Notes under the pieces: model-generated | What the model saw: the letters and a program-made list of their open reading frames with translations, nothing else | The model's database searches: none | What the model was told of the DNA's origin: nothing | Shown here: in pieces, positions 39,801 through 51,045 of the stretch | Numbering within the stretch: position 1 is the stretch's first letter | How the letters are laid out: each line of letters starts with the position of its first letter | Source of the DNA: Planktothrix sp. GU0601_MAG3 | GTDB lineage: Bacteria; Cyanobacteriota; Cyanobacteriia; Cyanobacteriales; Microcoleaceae | Direction of reading: 5' to 3' | NCBI GenBank assembly: GCA_035193785.1 | Contig: CP136572.1 | Location: 1,908,578 to 1,972,577, forward strand | Length of the DNA: 64,000 nucleotides | Position numbers and translations under genes: made by a program

Positions 39801-42487
39801 GGGAAGAGTTTTGGCTACTATTGACCGCGTAAAATTGTTTTTCAGATTGTTCAACAAGCTTGATCGTTACGTCTTCATCAACCTCATAGAGTTCATTATT
39901 AATGGGTTCGGTTTTCAGAGAAATACTTTTCGTATTAATTGGGACAGGAATCGTTATATTATTGGACGGATCAATCCCGCTACTTCCAAGTAATTTCCCA
40001 TTTTGATCCAACGCTTCGTAAAAGAGTTTATAATCCGCGTCTTTGTCCGGGTTAACTAAAGTTCCCTGTTTTGCAGTTCCTGAGATATTCAGCTTCAGAT
40101 CAAATTTTTGGGGAGAAACTTTATCAAAGGTTACGTCAAACCTGCCCGTATCTTTTCCTTCTTCTCCATCTTTGATTTTTTGAATACTAATCGCCGGTTC
40201 ATTGTCTGTGATTTGGAACCCATTAGAGCGTGAATTCCCAATTCCGTATTTCTCATCTCCCAGTAACTGAATATCAAAGGTTTCGACAGTCTCAAAAATT
40301 GTATCATCAAAAACAGGAATATCAAAAACCGCGCTAGTTTGGTTCGCTGGAAAAGTGACCTCTCCCTGTAGATCGTTTAGGTTTTCAAAATCACTTTTCC
40401 TGGCTGTACCCTCAATGATTTTATATTTGACCTTATAGCTTTGGGTCGCTTTTCCATTGGTTTTCGTTAGTTTAAACTTGGGTTTGTTGTCTTTCCCTTC
40501 TGAGCCATCCAAATATTTCTCAATTGAAAAAATGGGTTCATTGTCTTCAATGGTAATAGCTTGACTCGTGCCTGCTTTATAGTTCAAGCCCGATAGAATT
40601 TGAAGGGTAAATCTTTCATCCTTTTCATATAATTCATCATCTAGGATTGATTTTGGTAGGGTAAATGTTTGCGTTTTCTGATTCTGATTTAATGTAACTT
40701 GATGGACTAATAGGCGAGAAAAATCTGCATCACTCGTTGGTGTATTGGGGTTAATGAAGAAATAAACAGTAGTAGGTTGTGAAACGGTTTTTTCTGCGTC
40801 TAGGGTAAAGGTTATCTCTTGGCTTGCTTCTGAGGCTTTTCCTGAAGTGATGTTGATCGTAGGAAAGGAACTGTTACTGAATCCAGTATTAGACTTATTA
40901 TAAGAAAGTTGCTGATAATTATTATCACTGTTATTCCGAAAATTACCATTCTCTATAGCTACGGCATTGCCCTGCGCTGAAACCCGAATTTGCTCCTTGT
41001 CCACCTGCAACAGAGTTGTTTATAAATCCACTATTAAAAATCGTTAGAGAAGCGTTTGATCGCAGAAAAACTGCGCCGCCTAAACCAGCACCACCGCCTC
41101 CTTGACCGCCATCACGACCCTCACCGCCGCCTTTGCCCGAACTACCAGCACCTCCGAACTGACCAGCAGTGCCACCCGATCCACCAGAGCCATGATCGCT
41201 GCCTGTTTTGATACCAAACAAACCGTAGTTAAAATCTTCGCCACCACCACCGCCAGCACCGCCACCGCCACCCAAACCACCTACACCACCAACGCCACCG
41301 TGTCCATAGTCGTCACCACCGCCACCACCGCCACCGCCACCGCCACCAGCACCAAAGCCACCAGCACCACCAGCGCCACCTATGATCCCTTGATTTCCTT
41401 TCTTACCTGCTTGGCCTCCAGAACCAGCGTTGTATCCAGCAACAGAGCCTGAAAAGTAAGTCCCAAAGGGAGAGTTAACATTAAAAGTTCCACCGAAACC
41501 AGCAGGACTACCCGGTGAGTTATCGCCTCCACCCGCCGCACCACTGCCCCCATTGCCACCTTGAGCTTTGTTGCTATCGAACCTGACTGTATCAGTGATA
41601 AGACCGCCTCCATTAATGAAAATCGCACCTCCTGCCCCTAAGCCGCCACCCCCGCCATTTGTACCATCACCCCCTTTGGCAAGGCCATTCTTAAAGATGA
41701 TGTTTTGGAAACCCACGACAGAGCCATCAATTGAAATAATTTGATGCTTTCCTTGTCCATCAATCGTAGGCTTGGTCTTGTCGTTACCAACAAAGAATAA
41801 AGTACCCCCTGCATCCAGGAATGGTAAGGAGTCAGTTAACTTGATTTCACCTGAAATCCCCCGTAAATCGATAAGATCATTCGGATCTGAGTCCTTCTTG
41901 GCTTGCCCAATTGCGTCTCTTAAAGAGCCGGAGCCACTATCGTTATTATTGGTAACTTTATAAATCCCTAAAACAGAATCATAAGCAGATTTGGCAGCCT
42001 CTTGAATGGCTTGAGCGACTTCAATGTCTCCCGTTTGAACTTCTAAATCCCAGTCTCCCCCTAAGCGTTGATTCCCGGTTAAATCCTCAGATGCCGCAAT
42101 ATCTGCCCCGGTTAATTGACTGAACTGCTGTATAAAATCTTGGCCGTCTGTTCCTTCAGCAACGTTACACCCAAACAGCAGCAGATCTCCATCAGGGGCT
42201 AATACTTTACCCCATTGTTGCAATTGGGCACTATACCCCTGTATATTACTCCGATTTAACTCCTCACTGCCTAACTGAAGCCTTCCTTGGCTACCATGAG
42301 AAATAATTTGAATACTATTTATATTCTGTCGTTGGGCTAAAACTTGTGTTATTTGATCAATACCATTGAGATTGCTATCAAGAAGAAAAACTTCAACGCC
42401 TGGAGCTAGATTTTGGATCAATTGTTGAGCATTAGCAACGGCAGCATCAATAAAGAGGATTGTTGTTGGCACTTGAGGGCGATTCAT
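21877..42487 (-). CDS. Giant secreted RTX/Calx-beta surface protein (~6,866 aa): DUF4347, Gly-rich region, Calx-beta repeats, LamG, FG-GAP, PA14, acidic repeats, ~106-aa repeats, two RTX blocks and two amino-acid solute-binding domains
   Basis: Nine consecutive minus-strand ORFs join in frame when the extra base(s) in GAAAC/GTTTC are removed at ~40981, 35345, 34303, 33170, 31614, 30185, 26897, 23685 (+1 each) and 22069 (+2). 20611-10=20601 nt = 6867 codons, ending '...DDFVSLF*', a T1SS-like C-terminus. Confidence 0.8.
28560..31560 (-). repeat. About ten tandem ~106-aa (~318-bp) coding repeats inside the giant gene
   Basis: Recurrent 'IPVG.L..W...L......FI.G.VN......K...F.G.VDIS.LVKAIA....LPIP.L.L..P.L.Y...DGKTQYSF'; two copies offset by 318 bp (~29476 and ~29794) are nearly identical. 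Confidence 0.9.
32083..32390 (-). repeat. 48-bp (16-aa) acidic tandem repeats, 'KESVEKEESDSEVAAT'
   Basis: agattcttccttctcaacagattctttagtagcagcaacctctgagtc is repeated, with degenerate flanking copies. Confidence 0.9.
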
Positions 42488-43211
42488 GGCACAGTTTTCC
42501 AAAATAGGGTAGAGCTTAGGGTTTCTGTCGATATTTTTGATCAAAATATCGACACAAGCATAGTGGCTCAACTAGCTCCCCTGAAAGGCTACTTAGCGAA
42601 GAGTTAGGAATCTCCGAATTCTTTTGAGTATATCGGCCTTTGGCACGTTGATCAACGTATGTATTCAAAGTTCATATTCCTCTAAACTTTGACGACCATC
42701 GCCATCGACATCCACGATGTCCATGAAACGCCTCTCAAAACGGACGATAGCCTTGCTCAAAGTTTTCAGGGGATTTTCTTACTTGATTAGCCTCATGAAT
42801 ACCTTACACAATCATCTATTTTTATCACTTGGGGCAGACTTTTTCGCTTTTTCCTCTGCCTAGAGTGACAAAAGAAAGTTATAAATAGTTTCCTGTTTTA
42901 ATAATTCCCGCGTCCAAATTGAAAATAAACCGTAGGTTTCCTAAGCATATATAGCAAGAGGCAATAGGGAATAGGCAATGGGCAATCTCGCTATCTTTTA
43001 AGTTATTGTATTTAATATTTAACGGATTTACGGCATCAATATTTAACTTATAAGCAGTAATTTTAGGAAGCAATATGATCACAATTAGTAAAATAGACTT
43101 GGAACTGATCTGGCTTTCTATTTGTGGAAACCACCATGATCAAAAAGCGATCGCTCTACAAAATCGGCGATCGCACGATGGAATTATCTCAATAAAGACC
43201 GTGAGCAAGTC

Positions 43212-43421
43212 TTATAAACAAGTCAGATTCACTGCGGAGGGGCCTTTTTGACCCTGTTCGATCTCGAATTCCACATTCTGGCCTTCAGCTAGGGTTTTAA
43301 AGCCACTGCTGCGAATAGCCGAGAAGTGGACAAAAACATCTTTAGAGCCATCCGCGGGGGTGATGAAACCAAAGCCCTTTTCTTCGTTGAACCATTTGAC
43401 TTGACCTTTCATTTTAGTCAT
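43212..43421 (-). CDS. csp: Cold-shock domain protein (CspA/C/E family), copy 2
   Basis: '[18 protein letters not shown]' (RNP1) and 'DVFVHFSAI' (RNP2); 69 aa. Confidence 0.95.
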   Translation of the reverse strand: MTKMKGQVKWFNEEKGFGFITPADGSKDVFVHFSAIRSSGFKTLAEGQNVEFEIEQGQKGPSAVNLTCL

Positions 43422-43523
43422 GCTTTGACCTCCAGGGAATTGTGATTAAAATAACCGTGCGATCGCCAACTTCATAGAGCGATCACACTAGGGAATTATC
43501 TCAAGAAAGACCTTGATCAAGTC

Positions 43524-43733
43524 TTAGACGATAGTCACATTCACTGCGGAGGGGCCTTTTTGACCCTGTTCGATATCGAATTCTACAGCCTGGCCTTCAG
43601 CTAGGGTTTTAAAGCCACCGCTTTGAATAGCCGAGTGGTGGACAAAAATATCTTTGGTGCCATCGACTGGGGTAATAAAACCAAAGCCTTTTGAGTCGTT
43701 GAACCATTTGACTTGACCTTTCATTTTAGCCAT
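43524..43733 (-). CDS. csp: Cold-shock domain protein (CspA/C/E family), copy 1
   Basis: '[18 protein letters not shown]' and 'DIFVHHSAI'; 69 aa. Confidence 0.95.
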   Translation of the reverse strand: MAKMKGQVKWFNDSKGFGFITPVDGTKDIFVHHSAIQSGGFKTLAEGQAVEFDIEQGQKGPSAVNVTIV

Positions 43734-44310
43734 GTTTTAACCTCTAGGGAAATAAAATTAACCTCAAACCATTATTCTATAAGAGTTTGATTGAAATTTT
43801 TGGATATGTCTATTATAGTTTAGCTTACTAAAGGATCAAATTTCGAGAAATAAAAAAGGTTTGACCGATAAAATCATCCGCCCCAATTCCGTCCCATGTT
43901 GTTCATGAAGATCCTGTCCCCAGAATTGATTTCCACTATTGGTACAATTTTTTGCTGGAGCTTCTCCGAGCCCTTCTAAAGTCCTATGGGGGACTCGCCT
44001 TAAATTCGGAGGATTATATTAATGATTATTTTTACTTTTTACTGATATCCAATGGTTAACCTTCTTTTGTGACCACAGGGGGAGTAAAGATGTCTGTGGA
44101 AAATTTCTGCCAATTTGGCAACATAGTCCGATTGCAATGGTTTCTAATGATTGTGGGCAACTAGATTTATTTCCGTCTACCTACTTCATCCTCTCCCACA
44201 AAGATAACGAGATGATGCGACCTTATGAAGTTATTGTCCCCGCCGCGACCCAGAACTCATCATTAGTTTAAGGAATTTGGGGGATTTGATGGCTTTAGTT
44301 AGGGTAAATG

Positions 44311-44344
44311 GGGGGATTCTGTCGGCAACTACCACAGAATCCCC
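44311..44344. terminator. Hairpin downstream of the thioredoxin-like gene (putative terminator)
   Basis: GGGGATTCTGT ... ACAGAATCCCC, an 11-bp stem about 50 nt past the stop at 44397. Confidence 0.5.
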
Positions 44345-44396
44345 AATCTAAGGCTACCTTTTAGCTATAAATATTGAAACTCTTTTTACTAGAGGT

Positions 44397-45014
44397 TTAT
44401 TTCTGGGATGGGACTAACTCCGTGTTAAATTCATTGAAGGAACGACGCCGTAATTCCACGGATTCATTCCGAGGCAATAAATCAAAGACTTGGCGAAACG
44501 CATCATCAACGGTTTCAAAAGCGACCTGTCCCTTTTGATCTAAAATGACTTTTCCCGACTGATTAATTAATACGGTTTGGGGAACATAGCCTTTGTAATA
44601 ATAGCCCGGCTCCTGGGGGGAATTTTTAGTATCGGGTAAGAGGGTATCCACATTCACCGGAATAAAGTCCGCCTCTCGTCCGTAAAAACGCTGAAGTTCA
44701 GATACCGTAGTGACAAATTTTTTACAATCTTTACTATCATCCAAAAAGAAGACTAATAATGATGGTCTACCCTGATTCATGGACTCCGTTAGAGTGACTC
44801 GAGGGGGAACTAAAGAACCATTTCCCGCATACAGCGCAAAAATATTACCATCAAACCGATCATCATCTAATCCGGCTAATGCCGAGGGTGTAATGGTAAA
44901 AAAGAATACACAAATGATCACAAAGGTAGTCAGCAGAGTTTTAAAACCCCTAAAACCCTGAAAGCACTGTTGCAGGACATTGAATCGGGGAGAATTCCAT
45001 CGAGTTAAACGCAT
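44397..45014 (-). CDS. Thioredoxin-like thylakoid protein (PSI accumulation factor-type family)
   Basis: Signal/TM segment ending 'SALA', conserved 'DDDRFDGNIFALYAGNGSLVPP', degenerate 'SKDC' and 'VPQTV' cis-Pro loop. Confidence 0.7.
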   Translation of the reverse strand: MRLTRWNSPRFNVLQQCFQGFRGFKTLLTTFVIICVFFFTITPSALAGLDDDRFDGNIFALYAGNGSLVPPRVTLTESMNQGRPSLLVFFLDDSKDCKKFVTTVSELQRFYGREADFIPVNVDTLLPDTKNSPQEPGYYYKGYVPQTVLINQSGKVILDQKGQVAFETVDDAFRQVFDLLPRNESVELRRRSFNEFNTELVPSQK

Positions 45015-45696
45015 ATTAGGTCAACAGCCATTGAGATTCTAAACAAAATCTATTGTTACATTTTTGGGTATATTTTACCAAAGAGATCGCTTTTATTCCT
45101 TTTTGAATTTTGGGTCATAACGGCGATCTGCTAATTCAAGAAGTTCTATATTTTAAAACCGATTAATTTGCCGATCAACCCTCGGAAAAAAAGTTTAAAA
45201 CCCGATTTAAAAATATTAACATCTCAACTGCCAACACCTCGACGGTCAACCCCCGATTTTCTGGCAATGTTAAAAACTATTACAATCTGGCTCAGAATGT
45301 GTACTCCATGCCTGAAAATACAAACGATAGGTAGTGACGGTGTTGGGCAGGTTAATGTCCAAAGCCGGTTACCCCATCGACTGTAGCCCCAAGGGGAGCA
45401 GTTTGGGAATCCCTTGCCTAAAGGCCAGTGGAGGATATCAAACTTGTGAATTGTCCCCTAAAAACCTCAAAAATTTTTGAGGGTACAAACCAGCAAGAAG
45501 TGAAGCAGTATAAATCTCAAACCGATAGATTTGATTGCGGATCAAAAAGTCAGGTACACTCTAAATCATAATCTGATCCAGAATGTATCTGAACAAGTAG
45601 GAACGCTCATCGGTAACGATGAGGCTCTCCGACTCAGTTAATGGGTTTCGGGAGAGCGTTAATCAGGAAAACGTTAGCTAAACGCTTTTGTAGAAA

Positions 45697-46182
45697 ATGA
45701 GTATCGTCACAAAATCCATCGTTAATGCCGACGCCGAAGCGCGTTACCTCAGCCCTGGTGAGTTAGACCGGATCAAAGCCTTTGTTACCTCCGGTGAGCG
45801 CCGTCTTCGCATCGCCGAAACAGTCAGCGGTGCCCGTGAACGGATCATCAAAGAAGCTGGAAACCAACTGTTCCAGAAGCGTCCTGATGTGGTCTCCCCT
45901 GCTGGTAACGCCTATGGCCCAGAAATGACCGCCACTTGCTTACGCGACCTTGACTACTACCTGCGTCTGGTTACCTATGGAGTCGTTGCGGGTGATATTA
46001 CCCCCATCGAAGAAATTGGGATTGTTGGCGCTCGGGAAATGTACAAATCTCTGGGTACTCCCGTTGAAGCCGTTGCCGAAGGAATTCGTGCGCTGAAAAG
46101 TGTTGCTACAGGTCTGTTATCTGGTGAAGATGCAGCCGAAGCCGCACCTTACTTCGACTATGTGATCGGTGCGCTCTCATAA
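45697..46182 (+). CDS. apcA: Allophycocyanin alpha subunit
   Basis: '[27 protein letters not shown]...[13 protein letters not shown]'; 161 aa. Confidence 0.98.
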   Translation: MSIVTKSIVNADAEARYLSPGELDRIKAFVTSGERRLRIAETVSGARERIIKEAGNQLFQKRPDVVSPAGNAYGPEMTATCLRDLDYYLRLVTYGVVAGDITPIEEIGIVGAREMYKSLGTPVEAVAEGIRALKSVATGLLSGEDAAEAAPYFDYVIGALS

Positions 46183-46250
46183 GTCCGATCGCTTTATCAC
46201 ATTTTTTAAACGATTCCTAGATTCAGCGACTACAAGGAAATAGAACAATC

Positions 46251-46737
46251 ATGCAAGACGCCATTACTTCCGTAATTAATTCTTCTGACGTTCAGGGTAA
46301 GTACCTGGATGCCAACTCCCTGCAAAGGTTAAAAGCTTACTTCGCCACTGGCGAACTGCGGGTTCGTGCTGCTTCCACCATTAGTGCTAACGCAGCCAGT
46401 ATCGTCAAAGAAGCAGTAGCCAAATCCCTGCTGTATTCCGACGTAACTCGTCCCGGTGGAAATATGTACACCACCCGTCGCTATGCTGCTTGCATCCGCG
46501 ACTTAGACTACTACCTGCGTTATGCTACCTATGCCATGTTAGCTGGCGATCCTTCCATTCTCGATGAGCGCGTTCTCAACGGTTTGAAAGAAACCTATAA
46601 CTCCCTGGGTGTTCCCATCGGTTTCTACCGTGCAAGCCATTCAAGCCATCAAAGAAGTTACCGCTAGTTTAGTGGGTGCTGATGCTGGTAAAGAAATGGG
46701 TATTTACTTGGACTATATCTCCTCTGGCTTAAGCTAA
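46251..46737 (+). CDS. apcB: Allophycocyanin beta subunit (161 aa after repairing a +1 insertion at ~46623)
   Basis: '[20 protein letters not shown]...RRYAACIRD'; repair restores '[41 protein letters not shown]'. Confidence 0.97.
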
Positions 46738-46962
46738 AACCGAGGTTAGGTTTTTGAGGGTAGTCACTTAGTTTGATTCCCCGTCCCAAATCTAAACGAT
46801 TTTCAAGGCCAGGGAAGTCCGGGGTGAATGCTAGACCGCCAAAGGCTTGTCTGTTTTTCCTGATAAGTTTTAGCGTGCTAGGATTGACCCCCGACTCCCG
46901 GCCTTTGATCATTTTAAAATTGATGTAAAACTTGTTAAATTTGCCTAGGAGAGACGAACCTC

Positions 46963-47166
46963 ATGCGGATGTTTAAAGTAACGGCTTGTGTTCCAAGCCA
47001 AAGCCGGATTCGTACCCAACGGGAATTACAAAATACCTACTTTACTAAGTTAGTTCCCTATGACAGTTGGTTTAAAGAACAACAACGGATCATGAAAATG
47101 GGCGGTAAAATTGTTAAAGTGGAACTGGCAACGGGCAAGCCCGGAACTAACGCCGGATTGCTTTAG
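46963..47166 (+). CDS. apcC: Phycobilisome small core linker
   Basis: 'MRMFKVTACVPSQSRIRTQRELQNTYFTKLVPYDSWFKEQQRIMKMGGKIVKV'. Confidence 0.97.
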   Translation: MRMFKVTACVPSQSRIRTQRELQNTYFTKLVPYDSWFKEQQRIMKMGGKIVKVELATGKPGTNAGLL

Positions 47167-47352
47167 AAGACAGGAGGCAGGGGACAGAAGGTAGAAGGAA
47201 TTGAAAAAAAAGAAAAAAGATTAATTCTTAATTCTTGATTCTTGATTCTTAATTCTTCCTGCCTCCTGCCTCCTGCCTCCTTCTGTTTTTGTACAATCCA
47301 ATTCCGCTATTATGTTGGAAAGACAAAAAACCACCTAATATCGAGGCGGGAA

Positions 47353-49418
47353 ATGGCAAGTTGGGAGTTTCTGCTGCAAAAAGAAGGGGACAATAGTTGG
47401 TTAACCCTAGAATCCCCGGATGTTGAAATTTTGGAAGGACGCTACCGGATGGTAGCCCGGTCTGGATATACCAACACCTCAATTGATGTTCGGATTACCT
47501 ATCAAGATTTTGAAGCGGTTCCGCCTGTCCAACAGGTTCAAACTCGGACACTGACCACCAATGCCGAGGGTTTAATGGTGGTCATGCCCTATACTTCCCT
47601 GAAACCTGGGAATTGGCAATTTTCCTGTGCTCCTCAACTGACGTCCGGGTTATTAGCAACCGTGGGGAAAAAAAACATACAATTACGGGTTCTCCCCTCG
47701 GAAGCAGAAGAATTTGAGCAATTTTTTGGGGATACGGAACCACCGACGGCCAATATTAATTCCGCAGCACCCCAGGCCGTTGATTCGCCTACAGAACAGT
47801 ATTCTAACGTTGTACAGTTCCCTACCTCTGGCCTCTATATTGTTCCTGAAACCGACCCAGCCAACACCTGCTATTCCCGATACTCCCCAGCCATCCTCCC
47901 AACCCCTTGATGCTGTAGACAAGTTACTAAATGCTCTGCACATCTCCCTAGGACAAGATGCTTTTGTTGGCCGTTTAGGAGAAGCCTTAATCGTTTCGGG
48001 ACGGGTGGAATTGGCAACGCCTACCCCATCTTCTGCCTACCCAATTCTGACCGACGGACAATTGCAATTTCGCCTACGCGACCCCCAAAGCTCAGAACCT
48101 TTATTTGAGGTTAACCAAACCCTTCCTTCCTCCGATTTCCCTCTGGCTTTTTCCGGTGTAGTTTATATTCCCTTTGAATGTAAAACCCGTTTAATTTTAG
48201 GGGAAGTGATTTTTGCCCATGATGGGGTGGCGGTGACGACTCAATCCTTTAATGTTGTTACCCAGGTTGAACACCTTTTAGAAGCTATAGATCAGGGTTT
48301 TAGTCCAGAATTAGATCAAGACGACTTCCCCGACCTTTCTAATTTAGATCTGGGAGTTCTGGAATTACCTGACCTGACCGATACCACGAATAGGGCTGAA
48401 GTCCTAACCCCGGAAACAACTGCGGTACTTCCCCCAAAACTGAATAATTCTAGTCTGGAATCTCGGTCTGCTACATCCCTAGATTTGCCAGTATTCGGCC
48501 CTAGTTCTACAACCGGGGAAGTTAAACCTGCACCAAAACCCACTCCTGCGGTTGTGTCATCTGAGGATTTATCTTGGGAATCGAATTATACAGATATATC
48601 AACTTCAATTTCACCCCTATTAGTAGGGGAGTCATCGGAATTAATCCCGGCGACTGAGGGGATAGAAAAAATTGACCCGATAGCTAAACCGAAATCCGAT
48701 CCAGAAGTTCAAGAAGCCTTTCAAGCCTTAGACTTAAATAGTCGGTTTTGGTCGCGGTTGAATGCTTTGGCGGGGGATCAGGAATGGTCACAATGGGTGA
48801 AACGGGCTAATGTTAATCCCTTACCTGAGATTCCGTTTAATGCTGCGACTAATATTGTTAAACGTTCTGATCCAACTGCATCGGATACAGCACCTTTGCC
48901 ATACCCAGAATCAATCAATGTTCAGGAGGAATTAGAAGAAATTGTAGTTGATGATGAGCCTTTGGAATCCCCTGGGGCATTTTTTCCCCGCCGTAAAAAT
49001 ATCAGAGGAAGTAAACCGGAAACCCCGGCGGTCAATCAACCGATTTCATACATTTTGCCAGAAGATCAACCGGTTTCCAGACCCCCAAGTTGAGGTATTA
49101 TCAACGGAAATTATTGCGGGAAGGTTAGTTAAACTGAGGATGAGAATTCCCGATGGTTTACCGCGAATTTATATTAAGGTTTGGCTATTTGATCGTCAAA
49201 CCCGTACCGTTGTTGATGGCCCCCGTTGGTTAACGGAATTTTCACCTAATGGGTTTGATCAAATTGAAGCCACGGTTGATTTGGAGATTCCCTACAGTAG
49301 TTTGGAAGTTTTATTTGAAGCGATCGCGGTGGAAATGCAAACCCAACGAGAAAGCAACAAAATCACGATTGCCGCTTCCGTTAATCCCCCTCCAGGGCCT
49401 TCTTTACCGATTCATTAA
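47353..49418 (+). CDS. Conserved cyanobacterial hypothetical protein (~687 aa; +1 insertions at ~47850 and ~49076)
   Basis: Begins 'MASWEFLLQKEGD.SWL.LESPDVEILEGRYR'; three ORFs join after motif repair; ends 'FEAIAVEMQTQRESNKITI...'. Confidence 0.7.
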
Positions 49419-49423
49419 TCAGG

Positions 49424-49476
49424 GTAGAGACGCGCCAATTATTGTGGTAGAGAGACGCGCCATGGCACGTCTCTAC
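49424..49476. repeat. GTAG-type REP-like palindromes (GTAGAGACG.GCCATGGC.CGTCTCTAC family)
   Basis: Copies at 49424 (partial), 49447-49476, 18208-18233 and 15036-15060. Confidence 0.8.
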
Positions 49477-49494
49477 GAGCGGGGGGTTGGGTAT

Positions 49495-49776
49495 TTAAAG
49501 AACTCCTGCGTTACCTAAAGCTAAAATCACCCCAGCCCCTAAAATATGTCCAAAGCTTCCGGTGGCTAATAATTCAGGCACTCCAAACCCCGTAAACATT
49601 CGGGGTAAACCGGGTAAACCAGGCCCTTTGCCACGATTTTCTTTAGAAATGGCATAGAAACCGATGAAAATAGCTAATAGGTTAGAGAGAATCATCACAA
49701 TGGCTACACTTGGAGACCAACTAACGGTGGTGGGAACATTGTTTTGTATTGACATCAGTAAGGAAGTGTAAATCAA
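49495..49776 (-). CDS. psaK: Photosystem I subunit PsaK
   Basis: 'WSPSVAIVMILSNLLAI...GPGLP...PELLATGSFGHILGAGVILALGNAGVL'. Confidence 0.93.
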   Translation of the reverse strand: MIYTSLLMSIQNNVPTTVSWSPSVAIVMILSNLLAIFIGFYAISKENRGKGPGLPGLPRMFTGFGVPELLATGSFGHILGAGVILALGNAGVL

Positions 49777-49943
49777 GTTTTTATTCTCCTGAGTAATTTT
49801 ACGATTCTCTTAATTTCAACAATTGATTATAAAAACCCAATGCTAAAAACTTCTAATTTGTTGAAAAAGTTAATAATTCTGGTAGAATCTTGATAAAAAT
49901 TTTCTAGCTGAATCAGACCATCAACCCAACTTTACCAGCATCA

Positions 49944-50595
49944 ATGCGAATTAAAATTTGTGGAATTACTCGACCGGATCAGGGTTGTGCGATAGCGGGA
50001 CTGGGGGCGACAATGTTAGGATTTATTTGTGTGCCCGCGTCCCCTCGTTATGTGACATCGCAGCAAATTTGCCGGATTTTAGAGAATTTACCGAACTCGA
50101 TTCAAACCATTGGTGTATTTGCTAATGTGAGTGTGGAGAAAATTTATCAAACGGTCAGGGAAACGGGATTAACTGGTGTACAACTGCATGGGGATGAATC
50201 TCCCGATTTTTGCGATCGCCTGCGTCAAATTCTTCCTGATACAGAAACTAATTAAAGCCCTACGGATTAAATCCCCAGCCACCCTAATCCAAGCCCAAGA
50301 ATATTTTAATCATATTGATTCCCTATTATTAGATGCTTATCATCCTCAACAGTTGGGAGGGACGGGTCAAAGTTTGGACTGGCAAATTTTGAAACCATTT
50401 TGCCCCCCCTGTTCCTGGTTTTTGGCTGGAGGATTAACCCCGGATAATATTGGGGACGCATTGCAACAGTTACAACCCGATGGCATTGATCTTTCTAGTG
50501 GCGTTGAACGTTCTGCTGGTGATAAAGATTTGGTAAAAGTGAGTCAATTATTTCAAACACTTTCGGCTTTCTTCTCAGAATTAAAAACCCATTAA
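49944..50595 (+). CDS. trpF: Phosphoribosylanthranilate isomerase (~216 aa; +1 insertion at ~50246)
   Basis: 'RIKICGIT', 'SPRYV', 'VQLHGDE', 'GGTG', 'LAGGLTPDN' and 'DLSSGVE'. Confidence 0.95.
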
Positions 50596-50632
50596 TCCAT
50601 CTTAATTGTTCTCTGCTGCACCATCGGCGTCC

Positions 50633-50950
50633 CTACTCCTGCGTCACTTCTGGAAACTCCCTTTGTAAATTTTCCATCACAGACTTGAGAGAACTTCGAG
50701 GAATATAGGGCCAACCTCCTTTAGATTCAATCTCTCGTAATAAATGATAGAGTTTTTGACGATTATCGGGTAAAGATTGCTGAAATAAACTTTCTCGGAT
50801 GTCCTGGTGTAACTGTTCTAAAATTCTGAGTACCGCCAAAATATCCAGAGGATTCCCTTCGGCAGCCTTAGCTAAGATTAAAACCTGTTCTGCTAAAAAT
50901 TCAAGCTGATTTGACCGAGCTTGTAAATCAAATTCCGTGGGATTGTCCAT
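50633..50950 (-). CDS. Conserved cyanobacterial hypothetical protein
   Basis: 105 aa with 'LRILEQLHQDIRESLFQQSLPDNRQKLYHLLREIE..GGWPYIPR'. Confidence 0.7.
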   Translation of the reverse strand: MDNPTEFDLQARSNQLEFLAEQVLILAKAAEGNPLDILAVLRILEQLHQDIRESLFQQSLPDNRQKLYHLLREIESKGGWPYIPRSSLKSVMENLQREFPEVTQE

Positions 50951-51045
50951 AATTCAAATCTATCAATACCGAACACCCCCGGAGGGAGAGCGATCGGCAA
51001 CATTAACTTAAGTAGTTTAACTGATCGTCGAAAAATTTGTACTTC

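Noticed and set aside
43750..44390. Possible small gene or pseudogene upstream of the csp pair
   Set aside because: Only a short open frame with no convincing start or recognisable similarity.
45168..45696. ORF 45168-45386 or a separate ncRNA upstream of apcA
   Set aside because: No recognisable protein; the region is consistent with the promoter and long 5' leader usual for apc operons.
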